From a virus (lineage: Duplodnaviria > Heunggongvirae > Uroviricota > Caudoviricetes), in IMG/VR virus record IMGVR_UViG_3300031902_000927: a DNA stretch of 64,000 nucleotides; one strand, 5' to 3'. Each line of letters starts with the position of its first letter. Position 1 is the stretch's first letter. Positions 20,089-28,781 of the stretch are shown here, piece by piece. The notes under the pieces were generated by a model, which was not told where the DNA came from, ran no database searches, and was given only the letters and a program-made list of their open reading frames with translations. Both the position numbers and the translations under genes were made by a program.

Positions 20089-20561
20089 GGTTGAAAATGA
20101 ATGGAAAAGAAAAGTTAATGTGGACATTAATTATGATTGGAGGAATTTTATTAGCGTTAGTTGCTTCTATCGTCATTAATAATTATAGTCACAAAAATAC
20201 AGAGTTGTTACTATCAGATAAGTATGAATATATACAATTAGGTGTATATAATAATGCAACTAAAATGTGTGAATTTGAAAGATATAATTGTGATGCAGGA
20301 TTCACATTTAATGCAACTTTAGGTAGTTGTATAAATAATAAGAAAAATGATTTGAATTGTAAAACAGGAGCACAAATTGATGACAATACAGAGGCAATTT
20401 GTGGAAATAATATGTGTTATGATGAAGTAACAATGATGTGTATTGCTTATCCAAATATGTATGTTTGTCCTATCAATACAGATTATAATTCAAAGACAGA
20501 TAAATGTGAATATAGTAAAGGAAAACCAGAATGTATGTATCAACACTTTATTATTCCTTAA
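20085..20561 (+). CDS. cysteine-rich secreted/membrane-anchored protein (same Cys repeat type as 17506..19011)
   Basis: Signal-anchor; CDAGFTFNATLGSC unit. Confidence 0.45.
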   Translation: MRLKMNGKEKLMWTLIMIGGILLALVASIVINNYSHKNTELLLSDKYEYIQLGVYNNATKMCEFERYNCDAGFTFNATLGSCINNKKNDLNCKTGAQIDDNTEAICGNNMCYDEVTMMCIAYPNMYVCPINTDYNSKTDKCEYSKGKPECMYQHFIIP

Positions 20562-20594
20562 AGAACAAATTTTAGGTAAAAAGATTTATATACT
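20561..20594 (+). promoter_or_regulatory. 34-nt conserved element (copy 2), followed by dyad TAGCTTT-GG-AAAGCTA
   Basis: Identical to 8483-8516. Confidence 0.45.
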
Positions 20595-20701
20595 AATAGC
20601 TTTGGAAAGCTAATATGTAATAGAGGTATTTATTATGAAGAAGAAAATTGTTTCATTTAAAGCAAAAGGTAAAAAAATTAGTTTCAAAGTAAGGAGATAA
20701 T

Positions 20702-20953
20702 ATGGAAGAAAATCCGTTAAAAATAAAAAATTATAGAGGATATAAATTTTTATCAATAGTATTAAATTTAGATGCTTTTCAGAAAAGATTTGGTGTCAAA
20801 AAAGAACTAATGCTTGAATGTGGCAAGGGACAAGATTATGATGTAAATGTAATAAGAAAAGTTTTGAATAAAATTTATCCAAATCACTATTTAGTGAGAT
20901 ATATCGATACTGGAAATCAATATAACGATTATTTTATGATTTATACAAAATGA
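20702..20953 (+). CDS. hypothetical protein
   Basis: AAGGAGATAATATG SD; 83 aa. Confidence 0.35.
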   Translation: MEENPLKIKNYRGYKFLSIVLNLDAFQKRFGVKKELMLECGKGQDYDVNVIRKVLNKIYPNHYLVRYIDTGNQYNDYFMIYTK

Positions 20954-20966
20954 GGCGAAATTAAAT

Positions 20967-21095
20967 ATGTCTAAAAATATAAAAAATCCAATTGAAAATT
21001 ATTTAATTCAAAAGGCTTGGGAAATCCGTAGAAACGGAGAATTTGACGACTTAGATGTAGCTAAATTGATAATTAGAGGTAAAATTAATGTATAA
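20967..21095 (+). CDS. small ORF (42 aa), candidate antitoxin partner
   Basis: TGAGGCGAAA junction; overlaps start of RelE/ParE-like gene by 8 nt. Confidence 0.25.
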   Translation: MSKNIKNPIENYLIQKAWEIRRNGEFDDLDVAKLIIRGKINV

Positions 21096-21405
21096 GGTTA
21101 AAGTCGAAAAAGGAGTTAGTAAATATATTCACAAACTCGGCAGTAAGGAAAGAGAATATTTTTTAGAAAGATTTGATAAATTAAAATATGATAAAACTGG
21201 TTATAGGTTGTTAGATAGAAGTGGAAATGTCGAGCTTTGGGAATTACGATGTCAAAGTCACAGAGTTTACTATACTGTAGAAAATCAATTTATAGTTATT
21301 GAAAATGTTGAATACAAAGGTAATATTGACGTAAATGATGCTTCCAATAAAAATCAACAAGAAAATAAAATTAAATTTTTAAAAAAGAAATATTTGAGGA
21401 AATAA
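21088..21405 (+). CDS. RelE/ParE (Gp49-like) family toxin
   Basis: C-terminal ELWELRCQSHRVYYTVENQFIVIENVEYKG resembles the RelE/ParE core. Confidence 0.45.
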   Translation: MYKVKVEKGVSKYIHKLGSKEREYFLERFDKLKYDKTGYRLLDRSGNVELWELRCQSHRVYYTVENQFIVIENVEYKGNIDVNDASNKNQQENKIKFLKKKYLRK

Positions 21406-21407
21406 AT

Positions 21408-21848
21408 ATGTCAAAAGGAATTAATTTAGAATTACCAAAATTTAATTGGGAGTTAGGAATTGTAGTTCTTGCTATAATATTTTTTATAGTTATGGATGCT
21501 TCTCAAAATATCGCACAGAGTTCTTTAACACCTTTCACACAAATGACTTGGTGGGGATTATCGGCTTTGGTATCTTGGTGGTTGTTCTTCTCTTTGTATA
21601 ATTTAATGTTATTCTTTGTATTCGGAAGAGCATTACGTTCAAGGGCAACATCTTACAAATATGATGTAATTGCAGGTATTGTTGCATTTGTCGGTTTAAT
21701 ATTTATTCTCGGCGCAGGTATTTTTGCATTTTATGGAGCAGGTGATACACCAATTCCTTATATGCTTAATATTCCTCAAATTACAGTTTATCACGTAGGA
21801 ATCGGTTGTCAAATTTCGGCATTATTATATTTTTTAATCACGGAGTGA
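21408..21848 (+). CDS. polytopic membrane protein (paralog of 22439..22882)
   Basis: 4 TM segments; ...ALLYFLITE C-terminus. Confidence 0.45.
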   Translation: MSKGINLELPKFNWELGIVVLAIIFFIVMDASQNIAQSSLTPFTQMTWWGLSALVSWWLFFSLYNLMLFFVFGRALRSRATSYKYDVIAGIVAFVGLIFILGAGIFAFYGAGDTPIPYMLNIPQITVYHVGIGCQISALLYFLITE

Positions 21849-21852
21849 AAAT

Positions 21853-22437
21853 ATGAAAATTAATCAAAAACAACATATTACAAGACGAGGAGTAGTTAAA
21901 AGAAATCCAGAGAAGAAAAATTTTTCAAATAAATTACAAATTTTTTCTGGACATTATAAAGGAAAGATAGATGGAAAAATACAAGATTTAGATTTTAATC
22001 TATATAATAATGAAGGATTGAATTATAATAAAACAAAAGAAGCAATAATGTATAATATGAATAGAAAACATCTTGGACCAATGCGAGTTTTATTTGCAAA
22101 GGCAGGTTTGACGCTAAAGAAATTTCAATGGTATTCACCAAATGCTTATAATTATTCTGGAGATGGTGTCGATTTAGTAATAAGTGTTTCTGATAGAGAA
22201 TTATTAAAAAGATTCATCATACATCATTCTAAAGAAATTCAAACGATGCTTGATGCAAACACATCTTATGATGGATATATGGCAACAACTTCTAGTGATA
22301 TTAAAGAAATAATCGAGAAAATAGATAAAGATTTTGATATAGATATTATGGTTATCTCTTTTATTCAATCGTTATATGTAATGGATATGTATAATGATTT
22401 ATTTGATTTATACGTTAATGAAGACGAGGAAAATTAA
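21853..22437 (+). CDS. MKIN-tag family protein D
   Basis: MKINQKQHITRRGVVKRNP. Confidence 0.6.
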   Translation: MKINQKQHITRRGVVKRNPEKKNFSNKLQIFSGHYKGKIDGKIQDLDFNLYNNEGLNYNKTKEAIMYNMNRKHLGPMRVLFAKAGLTLKKFQWYSPNAYNYSGDGVDLVISVSDRELLKRFIIHHSKEIQTMLDANTSYDGYMATTSSDIKEIIEKIDKDFDIDIMVISFIQSLYVMDMYNDLFDLYVNEDEEN

Positions 22438-22438
22438 G

Positions 22439-22882
22439 ATGGGAATTAAATTTGGATTAAGTCGTGGATTTGAACTTTTCTGTATTGGCTTAATGTTATT
22501 TTCATTAATGGCATTATTTCAAGAAACATCAATTTTTCGTCAAGAGGGTTTAACTTGGCAACCTCATTTGATTAGTGGAATTCAATTTAGTGGCGTTGCT
22601 GCATTTATAGTAACTATAGTTGTATTTCATATAGCATTTTTTATAGTAATATCAAGAAGTGTTATTGTTGAAGGCAGAAATAAAACGAGTAATTGGATTG
22701 ATTATGTTGTAGGATTTTTAGGAATTATAGGAATTTATTTTGTTGCAATGTCTACCTTTTATGTTTTATACAAAAATTTACCTAATATTGAATTTTTATT
22801 TAATATATCTACTTTAACACTAATGAGAATAGGATTTGGTATTGAAGCATTAGTTACATTATGGTTCGGATTAACGGAGTGA
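22439..22882 (+). CDS. polytopic membrane protein (paralog of 21408..21848)
   Basis: ATG 22439 one nt after upstream stop; ...LVTLWFGLTE C-terminus. Confidence 0.45.
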   Translation: MGIKFGLSRGFELFCIGLMLFSLMALFQETSIFRQEGLTWQPHLISGIQFSGVAAFIVTIVVFHIAFFIVISRSVIVEGRNKTSNWIDYVVGFLGIIGIYFVAMSTFYVLYKNLPNIEFLFNISTLTLMRIGFGIEALVTLWFGLTE

Positions 22883-22884
22883 TT

Positions 22885-23232
22885 ATGATGAAAGATATAA
22901 CAATTAAAAATGAAGGTAATTATGCAAAAGTATATCGTAAAGATATGTATATTGGAATTGTTAAAACATATCGATATAATATGAATGATGTAAATATTGA
23001 AGATATAACAGTTAAAAAACAAGGAATTTATATAAGAGTTTATTGGAAAGGACAACGTATGTGGACTGAAAACACCAAGAATATTTTAAAAAGTAATGGC
23101 GCAACTAGATTTAAAATGTTTGCCTCAATATATCATTTGATGTTAAAACAACCTTTTATTCCAAATGGAATGGAAGAATTACACAAAAAAGAAATTAATC
23201 ATAATAAACATTATCCTTATGGAGACGATTGA
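22885..23232 (+). CDS. hypothetical protein with internal duplicated 25-aa motif
   Basis: DITIKNEGNYAKVYRKDMY / DITVKKQGIYIRVYWKGQR. Confidence 0.4.
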   Translation: MMKDITIKNEGNYAKVYRKDMYIGIVKTYRYNMNDVNIEDITVKKQGIYIRVYWKGQRMWTENTKNILKSNGATRFKMFASIYHLMLKQPFIPNGMEELHKKEINHNKHYPYGDD

Positions 23233-23380
23233 ATGGTAACACATCTTGGAGATAGTAGAAGAAGAACTACATTAAGTGAACATAGACTTTTAGAAAATTA
23301 TCGAGAAGTAAATGAGAATCCGAAAATTAATACTCATTCTCCAGATGGTCGAGAAGAAATTTATATGAAATGAGGCGAAA

Positions 23381-23878
23381 ATGAAAATTAACAACAAACA
23401 ACATATTACAAAGAAAGGTATTGTTAAGAAGAATCCACCAAGTTGGAAAGATAAGTGGAAAAAGATAGCAGACAACAATTATGAAGTTGTTTTTGATTTA
23501 ATTAATATTAATAGTCCAGGTAGTGAAATTCCTTTGAAAAGAGTAAGTGTAATCAATGATTATACAGGAAGTACAGATAAATATGATTTGAATGATGCTT
23601 CTTGGTCGGTTGTAATCGCCAGTAACAATAAAGAAAGTTTTGAAAGTTTTATGGGTAAAAAAGCAGCAATGGATTATGCTATGGAGTATATGAAAAATAA
23701 TTCCAAAGTAAAAATAATACAAAATGTTTTAAATGAGAAAGAGCAGAAAATAGATAATGTTGGTAAAAGAAATTATTCCATTGACACAAAAGGTGGATTC
23801 ATTCATAAAGGAGCAGATTATTTTTTAGGTCCAGACCCAAGAAAACATAAAGATTATAAAAGATTAAAAGGTAAATAA
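23381..23878 (+). CDS. MKIN-tag family protein E
   Basis: MKINNKQHITKKGIVKKNP; 50-nt identical 5' module with copy B. Confidence 0.6.
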   Translation: MKINNKQHITKKGIVKKNPPSWKDKWKKIADNNYEVVFDLININSPGSEIPLKRVSVINDYTGSTDKYDLNDASWSVVIASNNKESFESFMGKKAAMDYAMEYMKNNSKVKIIQNVLNEKEQKIDNVGKRNYSIDTKGGFIHKGADYFLGPDPRKHKDYKRLKGK

Positions 23879-24166
23879 AATGGTAACACATCTTAAAAAA
23901 GAACTAAACTTGAAATCAGAAATTTTTCGTGGAGTTAAAGTTACTTTTAAGAAAAATGCTTTTGGATTAGTTATCGCAAGTTCAGCAGGTTATCCTTCAG
24001 AACCATATAAGAATAAAAAAGGAGCATTTCATCAGGTGATGTTGTAGATACAACGACAACTTCAACTGAAATGACTAAGACTACTATAACAAAAACATCA
24101 TTTGTCGATAATATTAAAACATTTTTCACAGATTTATTTGACATATTGATGTTTTGGAAATAAACA

Positions 24167-24379
24167 ATGAACTTTTTTAGATTTTTTATAGAAGTAATGA
24201 AAAGAATTTGGAAGGTTGCATTAGGATTATTTTTACTACCCTTTGGATTTGTTATTGCTTTATGTTATATCATTGTTTGTTTATTTACTTTTAGTATTCC
24301 AGATTCAGAAGAGCACAAAGATTTAAATTATATTGGTGTAAAAAGTTTCGAAAATATTAAAGAAGGAGTGTTAGGATAA
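24167..24379 (+). CDS. small membrane protein
   Basis: Two TM segments. Confidence 0.4.
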   Translation: MNFFRFFIEVMKRIWKVALGLFLLPFGFVIALCYIIVCLFTFSIPDSEEHKDLNYIGVKSFENIKEGVLG

Positions 24380-24757
24380 ATGAAAATCAATCAAAAACAA
24401 CACATTACAAGGAGAGGAGTTATTAAAAGAAATCCTACGAAGTTTAATAATAAGGATTTAGATTATGTGTATAAGTTAGGTGTAAAAGCTTTTAAAGATG
24501 GTAAAAAAGCTATTCCTCATTTAGATGTTGAAATGAATAATTTTATTCAAAAAAAGAAATTTAAAGTTGGAGAAGCTACTCCATATTTAAAAAAGTGGTA
24601 TGAAGGATGGAATTCAATTAATATTAAACAAAATATTTATTGTGTGACTTGTGGAGATAAGTTGAGTTCTACGGAAATTAAAAATGGTGAAGATACTTGT
24701 TATCCTTGTCAGAAAGGTAACACTCCAGAAAGTCAAGAAGAAGCTAATGCAAACTAA
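24380..24757 (+). CDS. MKIN-tag family protein F (with zinc ribbon)
   Basis: MKINQKQHITRRGVIKRNP; CVTCGD...CYPCQ. Confidence 0.6.
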   Translation: MKINQKQHITRRGVIKRNPTKFNNKDLDYVYKLGVKAFKDGKKAIPHLDVEMNNFIQKKKFKVGEATPYLKKWYEGWNSINIKQNIYCVTCGDKLSSTEIKNGEDTCYPCQKGNTPESQEEANAN

Positions 24758-24783
24758 TATGCAATACTAATGCAAACTACAAA

Positions 24784-25092
24784 ATGTCAAAATTAGGATA
24801 TTGTTATAAGGCAAATGCCGATTATTTAATGAAGATTTATTTAACAGATAGAAATACTCCAATAATTTTGTGTCACGGTAATGCTCTTGGACAAGGACCA
24901 ATTGATGGAAAAAGACACGGACACGCTTGGCTTGAAATTAACAATAGTGTGATGGATTTTTCAAATGGACGAACAGTTGTTATGGAAAAATCAAAATATT
25001 ATAAAATTGGCTATATAAAATATGTTCACAGATATACGGCAAAAGAAGCTGCAATTATGTTACTAAAACATCAGAATTACGGACCTTGGTGA
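24784..25092 (+). CDS. hypothetical protein
   Basis: 102-aa ORF. Confidence 0.4.
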   Translation: MSKLGYCYKANADYLMKIYLTDRNTPIILCHGNALGQGPIDGKRHGHAWLEINNSVMDFSNGRTVVMEKSKYYKIGYIKYVHRYTAKEAAIMLLKHQNYGPW

Positions 25093-25095
25093 AGA

Positions 25096-25389
25096 ATGAA
25101 AAAATTAAAATTATTATTTATTGCAATATTTCCAATAGTCTTGATAATATATTCTATATATTTGATGGCTAATGACGATACGATGGGTTTAAGTGGTGCA
25201 ATTGGCGCGGTATTTTTAGTGATGGCTATCGTTTCTTTAATTATCGGTTCAATTATTGGATTTATATTTAGAAAGAACAAAGTATTTGAGAAGTGGTATT
25301 TTTGGCTTGGTGTGAGTTTAGCATCAGTAATAATAACATTTATAATTTTAGTCTTATATGTAAGATTAAATGTTGCGGCTTGGTCGTAA
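25096..25389 (+). CDS. membrane protein (3 TM)
   Basis: Hydrophobic segments throughout. Confidence 0.45.
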   Translation: MKKLKLLFIAIFPIVLIIYSIYLMANDDTMGLSGAIGAVFLVMAIVSLIIGSIIGFIFRKNKVFEKWYFWLGVSLASVIITFIILVLYVRLNVAAWS

Positions 25390-25409
25390 GAATATAGGAG
25401 GATAAGAAG

Positions 25410-25604
25410 ATGGAAAAAAATAAAAAGAAAGTTGTGAAAAAAGTTGTTAAGAAAGTAATGAAGAAAGAACCAATCAAAAGAAATAAGGTTGCTTCAAATG
25501 GATTTATAAGTGCTAATACTGGAAAGATTACAAAGAAAATACCTGTGGCAAAGAAAATTGTCAAAGAAGTTCCAAGTCCAACAGAACAAAATTCCGAGGA
25601 GTAA
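25410..25604 (+). CDS. lysine-rich basic protein (KKVVKKVVKKVMKK)
   Basis: AGGAGGATAAG SD; possible nucleic-acid binding. Confidence 0.4.
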   Translation: MEKNKKKVVKKVVKKVMKKEPIKRNKVASNGFISANTGKITKKIPVAKKIVKEVPSPTEQNSEE

Positions 25605-25606
25605 AA

Positions 25607-25777
25607 ATGGCAAAGTGGCAAAATTGGATGTTATTCGGAAGTCTTTTCGCAATAATATTATTTCATTTATTGGTAATGTTTTTTACTTTAAGTGCAGGTG
25701 TGTACAAATTTCACAATATATCTACAATTGTATTGTGTGTCTTTGCAATAATTGGCGCATTAGCTAAGAAATGGTAG
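25607..25777 (+). CDS. small membrane protein (56 aa, not in ORF track)
   Basis: ATG 25607 with GAGGAG SD; MAKWQNWMLFGSLFAIILFHLLVMFF...; preferred over overlapping track ORF 25510..25767. Confidence 0.3.
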   Translation: MAKWQNWMLFGSLFAIILFHLLVMFFTLSAGVYKFHNISTIVLCVFAIIGALAKKW

Positions 25778-25787
25778 AGGAAACGAA

Positions 25788-26864
25788 ATGAAAAAAAATA
25801 TTTTAATTTTATTTTTTATAATGTTTATGAGCATTGGATTTGTTGCAGCTATAGATATTTCTCCTTATGAATTTGTCAATGAAGGAAATTTCGATGTATC
25901 TAATATGCCACAATTTGATTTTGGAAATTGTACACAGGCTTATGATGGAAATTTAGAAACATATTGTGATATTTCTACTGGAAGTAATGATAGAACAGGT
26001 TATGTCTATTTTTATTTCAATGCTACAGATTCTCATTATAATGTTAATTTGACGATGTTATGGACACCTTTTGCAGTTAATAGTGCAGATGATGGTGAAG
26101 GTGGTTGTACTACCCCAACTTATACACATCCTTGGAATGTTTCTTTATACAATGTAAATACAGATAGCTATGATTTAATTAATATAGTTTCTGGAACATC
26201 TTATGATTTGTCTTCAGATTATGTTTCTTCTAATGGTTCTATTGTTGTTAGGGTTTATACAGAAGAATTTGACCCAACAATGAGATTTGCTTCTGGTTGT
26301 ACTAACACTCCTTTAACTTCATTGTATGATGTTGTTGTAGGATATAATGATGTTGCACCAGATAATAATGCACCTTCTTGTAATGTTACAATAAATGATG
26401 TAATTTTTGAGAATGGTATGATAATCAATACAGAAAATAATACGATATTGTTTAGTTGCAATGATAATCAATCAGGTATGCAGAATATGGTATTTGATTT
26501 ACAAGCTCCAGGTAGTGTTTCAATTTTTACATCAGCAGCTAGTGGTGTAACAGAATTATTAAATTATGCAAATAATTTAGTTAATGGAACAACTTATACT
26601 TTTGTTTCAATGTTAGGGTATGATAACAATAATAATGTTTATGATGGTGGTTATCAACAATACTTTATAGTAGAATTATCTGTAGCTAATATAACACAGA
26701 ATATCACACAGAATATAACACAAAATGATACGACAGGTCATAGTCATCATAATTTAATTTCTGGAGATGTTGTTTCAGATACTTCAAACACGAATACAAA
26801 TATTGAGAGTCAAAATATATTTCAGAGATTTTGGAATTGGATTTTATCTTTATTTAAATCGTAA
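25788..26864 (+). CDS. secreted protein with NITQ sequon repeats
   Basis: Signal peptide MKKNILILFFIMFMSIGFVAA; NITQNITQNITQN; many N-x-S/T. Confidence 0.5.
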   Translation: MKKNILILFFIMFMSIGFVAAIDISPYEFVNEGNFDVSNMPQFDFGNCTQAYDGNLETYCDISTGSNDRTGYVYFYFNATDSHYNVNLTMLWTPFAVNSADDGEGGCTTPTYTHPWNVSLYNVNTDSYDLINIVSGTSYDLSSDYVSSNGSIVVRVYTEEFDPTMRFASGCTNTPLTSLYDVVVGYNDVAPDNNAPSCNVTINDVIFENGMIINTENNTILFSCNDNQSGMQNMVFDLQAPGSVSIFTSAASGVTELLNYANNLVNGTTYTFVSMLGYDNNNNVYDGGYQQYFIVELSVANITQNITQNITQNDTTGHSHHNLISGDVVSDTSNTNTNIESQNIFQRFWNWILSLFKS

Positions 26865-26880
26865 AATTTATATAAAGATT
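26864..26880 (+). promoter_or_regulatory. AAATTTATATAAAGATT motif (copy 1), TATA-like
   Basis: Identical 17-mer at 51670; TTTATATA centre about 27 nt before ATG 26899. Confidence 0.4.
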
Positions 26881-26898
26881 CTATAATTGGAGTTTAAT

Positions 26899-27105
26899 AT
26901 GGGAAAAGATGGAGCAAATTGGATTGGAATTAATATCGGATTCACAGGGGGATTATTTTTATTATTTCTTGGATTAAAACTAGGAAAAGTAATTGATTGG
27001 TCTTGGTGGTTTATTTTTATGCCGCTTTATGCCGTTCCAGTTTTAGCAATAATAGCATTTTTGATAATTATGCTTGTTGTTTTCATAATGAAGAAGTTAA
27101 ATTGA
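26899..27105 (+). CDS. small membrane protein
   Basis: ATG 26899 with TGGAG SD; track ORF opens at TTG 26887. Confidence 0.4.
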   Translation: MGKDGANWIGINIGFTGGLFLLFLGLKLGKVIDWSWWFIFMPLYAVPVLAIIAFLIIMLVVFIMKKLN

Positions 27106-27171
27106 AAAAAAGTTTTAAAACGCAGAGATGGTTATTTTGTCGATTGGAATAAAGTTAAGGGAGTATTTAAA

Positions 27172-27618
27172 ATGAAGGTATTTACGTACGGTACACTAAT
27201 GCAAGGATTTAGAAATCATCGAGTGATGCAAGAAGCACAAGGAAAATTAATTGGAAAAGCAATTCTTTCAAATAAATCAATATATTTCACAAACCCAGGG
27301 TCATTTCCTGCCGTTATTGATGGAAAAGGTAATGTTTATGGGGAAGTTTGGGAAATAAGCGAGAACAAGATTACAACGCCTTATGGTGAGAGTATATATC
27401 CAATTCAAATTCTCGATAGACTTGAAGGTTACAATCCAAAAAGGCCTAAAGAAAATAATATGTATAATCGACAAAAAGCGATTGTAACGATGGCTAATGG
27501 AAAAAAAGTTTGGATTTCTTATTATCATTGGAATGGTGAAATTGTTGCAAGTCTTCGAATAAAATCTGGAGATTTTGCAAAAGAATATCAACATTATCAT
27601 AGTCGTTATCAAGGGTAA
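27172..27618 (+). CDS. gamma-glutamyl cyclotransferase-like (AIG2/GGCT fold) protein
   Basis: MKVFTYGTLMQGFRNHRVM...FPAVIDGKGNVYGEVWEI matches AIG2-like YGTL...GEV. Confidence 0.65.
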   Translation: MKVFTYGTLMQGFRNHRVMQEAQGKLIGKAILSNKSIYFTNPGSFPAVIDGKGNVYGEVWEISENKITTPYGESIYPIQILDRLEGYNPKRPKENNMYNRQKAIVTMANGKKVWISYYHWNGEIVASLRIKSGDFAKEYQHYHSRYQG

Positions 27619-27620
27619 AA

Positions 27621-27872
27621 ATGGAAAAGAAAACAAAATATATATTAACTTTATTCATAATTGGATTTATAGGATTATTTATGTCTGCATCATTATTTTA
27701 TTTAAGTGGATTTAGTTTGGCTGTATCGACACTATTTTTGATTGGTATTGTTGGTATTAGTATGGGTATCAATAAATCTTTTTCTAGTAAAACAAAATAT
27801 GTAATGATTTCATTTTTTATTGCAATTATTTTTATAATATTAGGTATGCTTCCTTATTTTTTGGTGGTTTAA
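27621..27872 (+). CDS. membrane protein
   Basis: 3 TM segments. Confidence 0.45.
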   Translation: MEKKTKYILTLFIIGFIGLFMSASLFYLSGFSLAVSTLFLIGIVGISMGINKSFSSKTKYVMISFFIAIIFIILGMLPYFLVV

Positions 27873-27941
27873 CAGTATTGTATGAAATTATTGGTGTTTC
27901 TGCACTAATTTTAGGTATAGTAAGGTTATTCAAAAAATAAA

Positions 27942-28151
27942 ATGAGTTCTATTCCAACTTGGATATGGTTTGCTGCAATTCCTTCAATTATAGCAATTGC
28001 TATAATAGATTATTTTTGTTTTCGTGATTGGTTTAAATGTGAAAATTGTCATTATAGTCGTGTAAAATGGTACAATTGGCTTTTACCAACGACTTTAGAA
28101 ATATTATTATTTTTATCTGGAATTGCAATTGGTTATATTGTTCGAGGATGA
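27942..28151 (+). CDS. small membrane protein with CxxC
   Basis: 2 TM; CENCHYS. Confidence 0.4.
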   Translation: MSSIPTWIWFAAIPSIIAIAIIDYFCFRDWFKCENCHYSRVKWYNWLLPTTLEILLFLSGIAIGYIVRG

Positions 28152-28153
28152 AT

Positions 28154-28264
28154 ATGATAGAACCTTCTGAATGTAAATATTGTAAATCAAAAAAGATTAA
28201 GAAACATTTCCAACAAGGAAAATATCATTATACAACTTGTAAGGAATGTTTTAGAGTTATGTAA
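28154..28264 (+). CDS. small zinc-ribbon protein
   Basis: CKYC...CKEC; ATG 28154. Confidence 0.35.
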   Translation: MIEPSECKYCKSKKIKKHFQQGKYHYTTCKECFRVM

Positions 28265-28469
28265 AATGAAAAAGAAATATTGTCAAGGTTGTGATGAAGA
28301 ACTCGGCCAAGCGATTTATTATCAAGAGGAATTTGGATTATTTTTTGCGACATCGATTGATAATGAATTTTGGGAAAGAGAACATTTCACAATATTAATG
28401 GTTGATGAAGAAGGAAAAATTAAAGTCGAATAGAAAGTATTAAATATAATAATACTTATAATCATTACA

Positions 28470-28760
28470 ATGGTATCGCTAAAAGATAGAAGGAATTCTG
28501 GAAAATATACTCCAAAGGCGACTTGTAGTTCCAAGGAGTTAAAACAAAATAATTTATTTATCGATGAATATTATGATGATTGGGAAGACCATCGCGATGG
28601 TTCTCGTGATTGGTTTCGTGATGGAAAAATGATTAAAGTTGTACCAAATTATATAAATTCAGATTCTTCATTTATAAAAAGGGTAGCTTTGAATAAAAAG
28701 CAAGAAATGTTGTTGCGCCGAAGGAAAGCTAGAAAGAAAAAATTAGAAAACTTTATATAA
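28470..28760 (+). CDS. hypothetical protein
   Basis: 96 aa; basic C-terminus. Confidence 0.35.
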   Translation: MVSLKDRRNSGKYTPKATCSSKELKQNNLFIDEYYDDWEDHRDGSRDWFRDGKMIKVVPNYINSDSSFIKRVALNKKQEMLLRRRKARKKKLENFI

Positions 28761-28781
28761 AAGTTCGTGTTTTGAGGTTTT

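Noticed and set aside
23233-23894. 15-nt identical gene starts ATGGTAACACATCTT at 23233 and 23880
   Set aside because: Such a short match could arise by chance in an AT-rich 64-kb window, and the downstream sequences are unrelated.
25510-25767. Track ORF 25510..25767
   Set aside because: It has no SD and an odd basic sequence. The overlapping frame 25607..25777 has an SD and encodes a clean small membrane protein.
26690-26730. NITQNITQNITQN and other short tandem repeats as a possible CRISPR array
   Set aside because: The units are short in-frame coding repeats (12 nt), with no repeat-spacer architecture. No CRISPR array is present.
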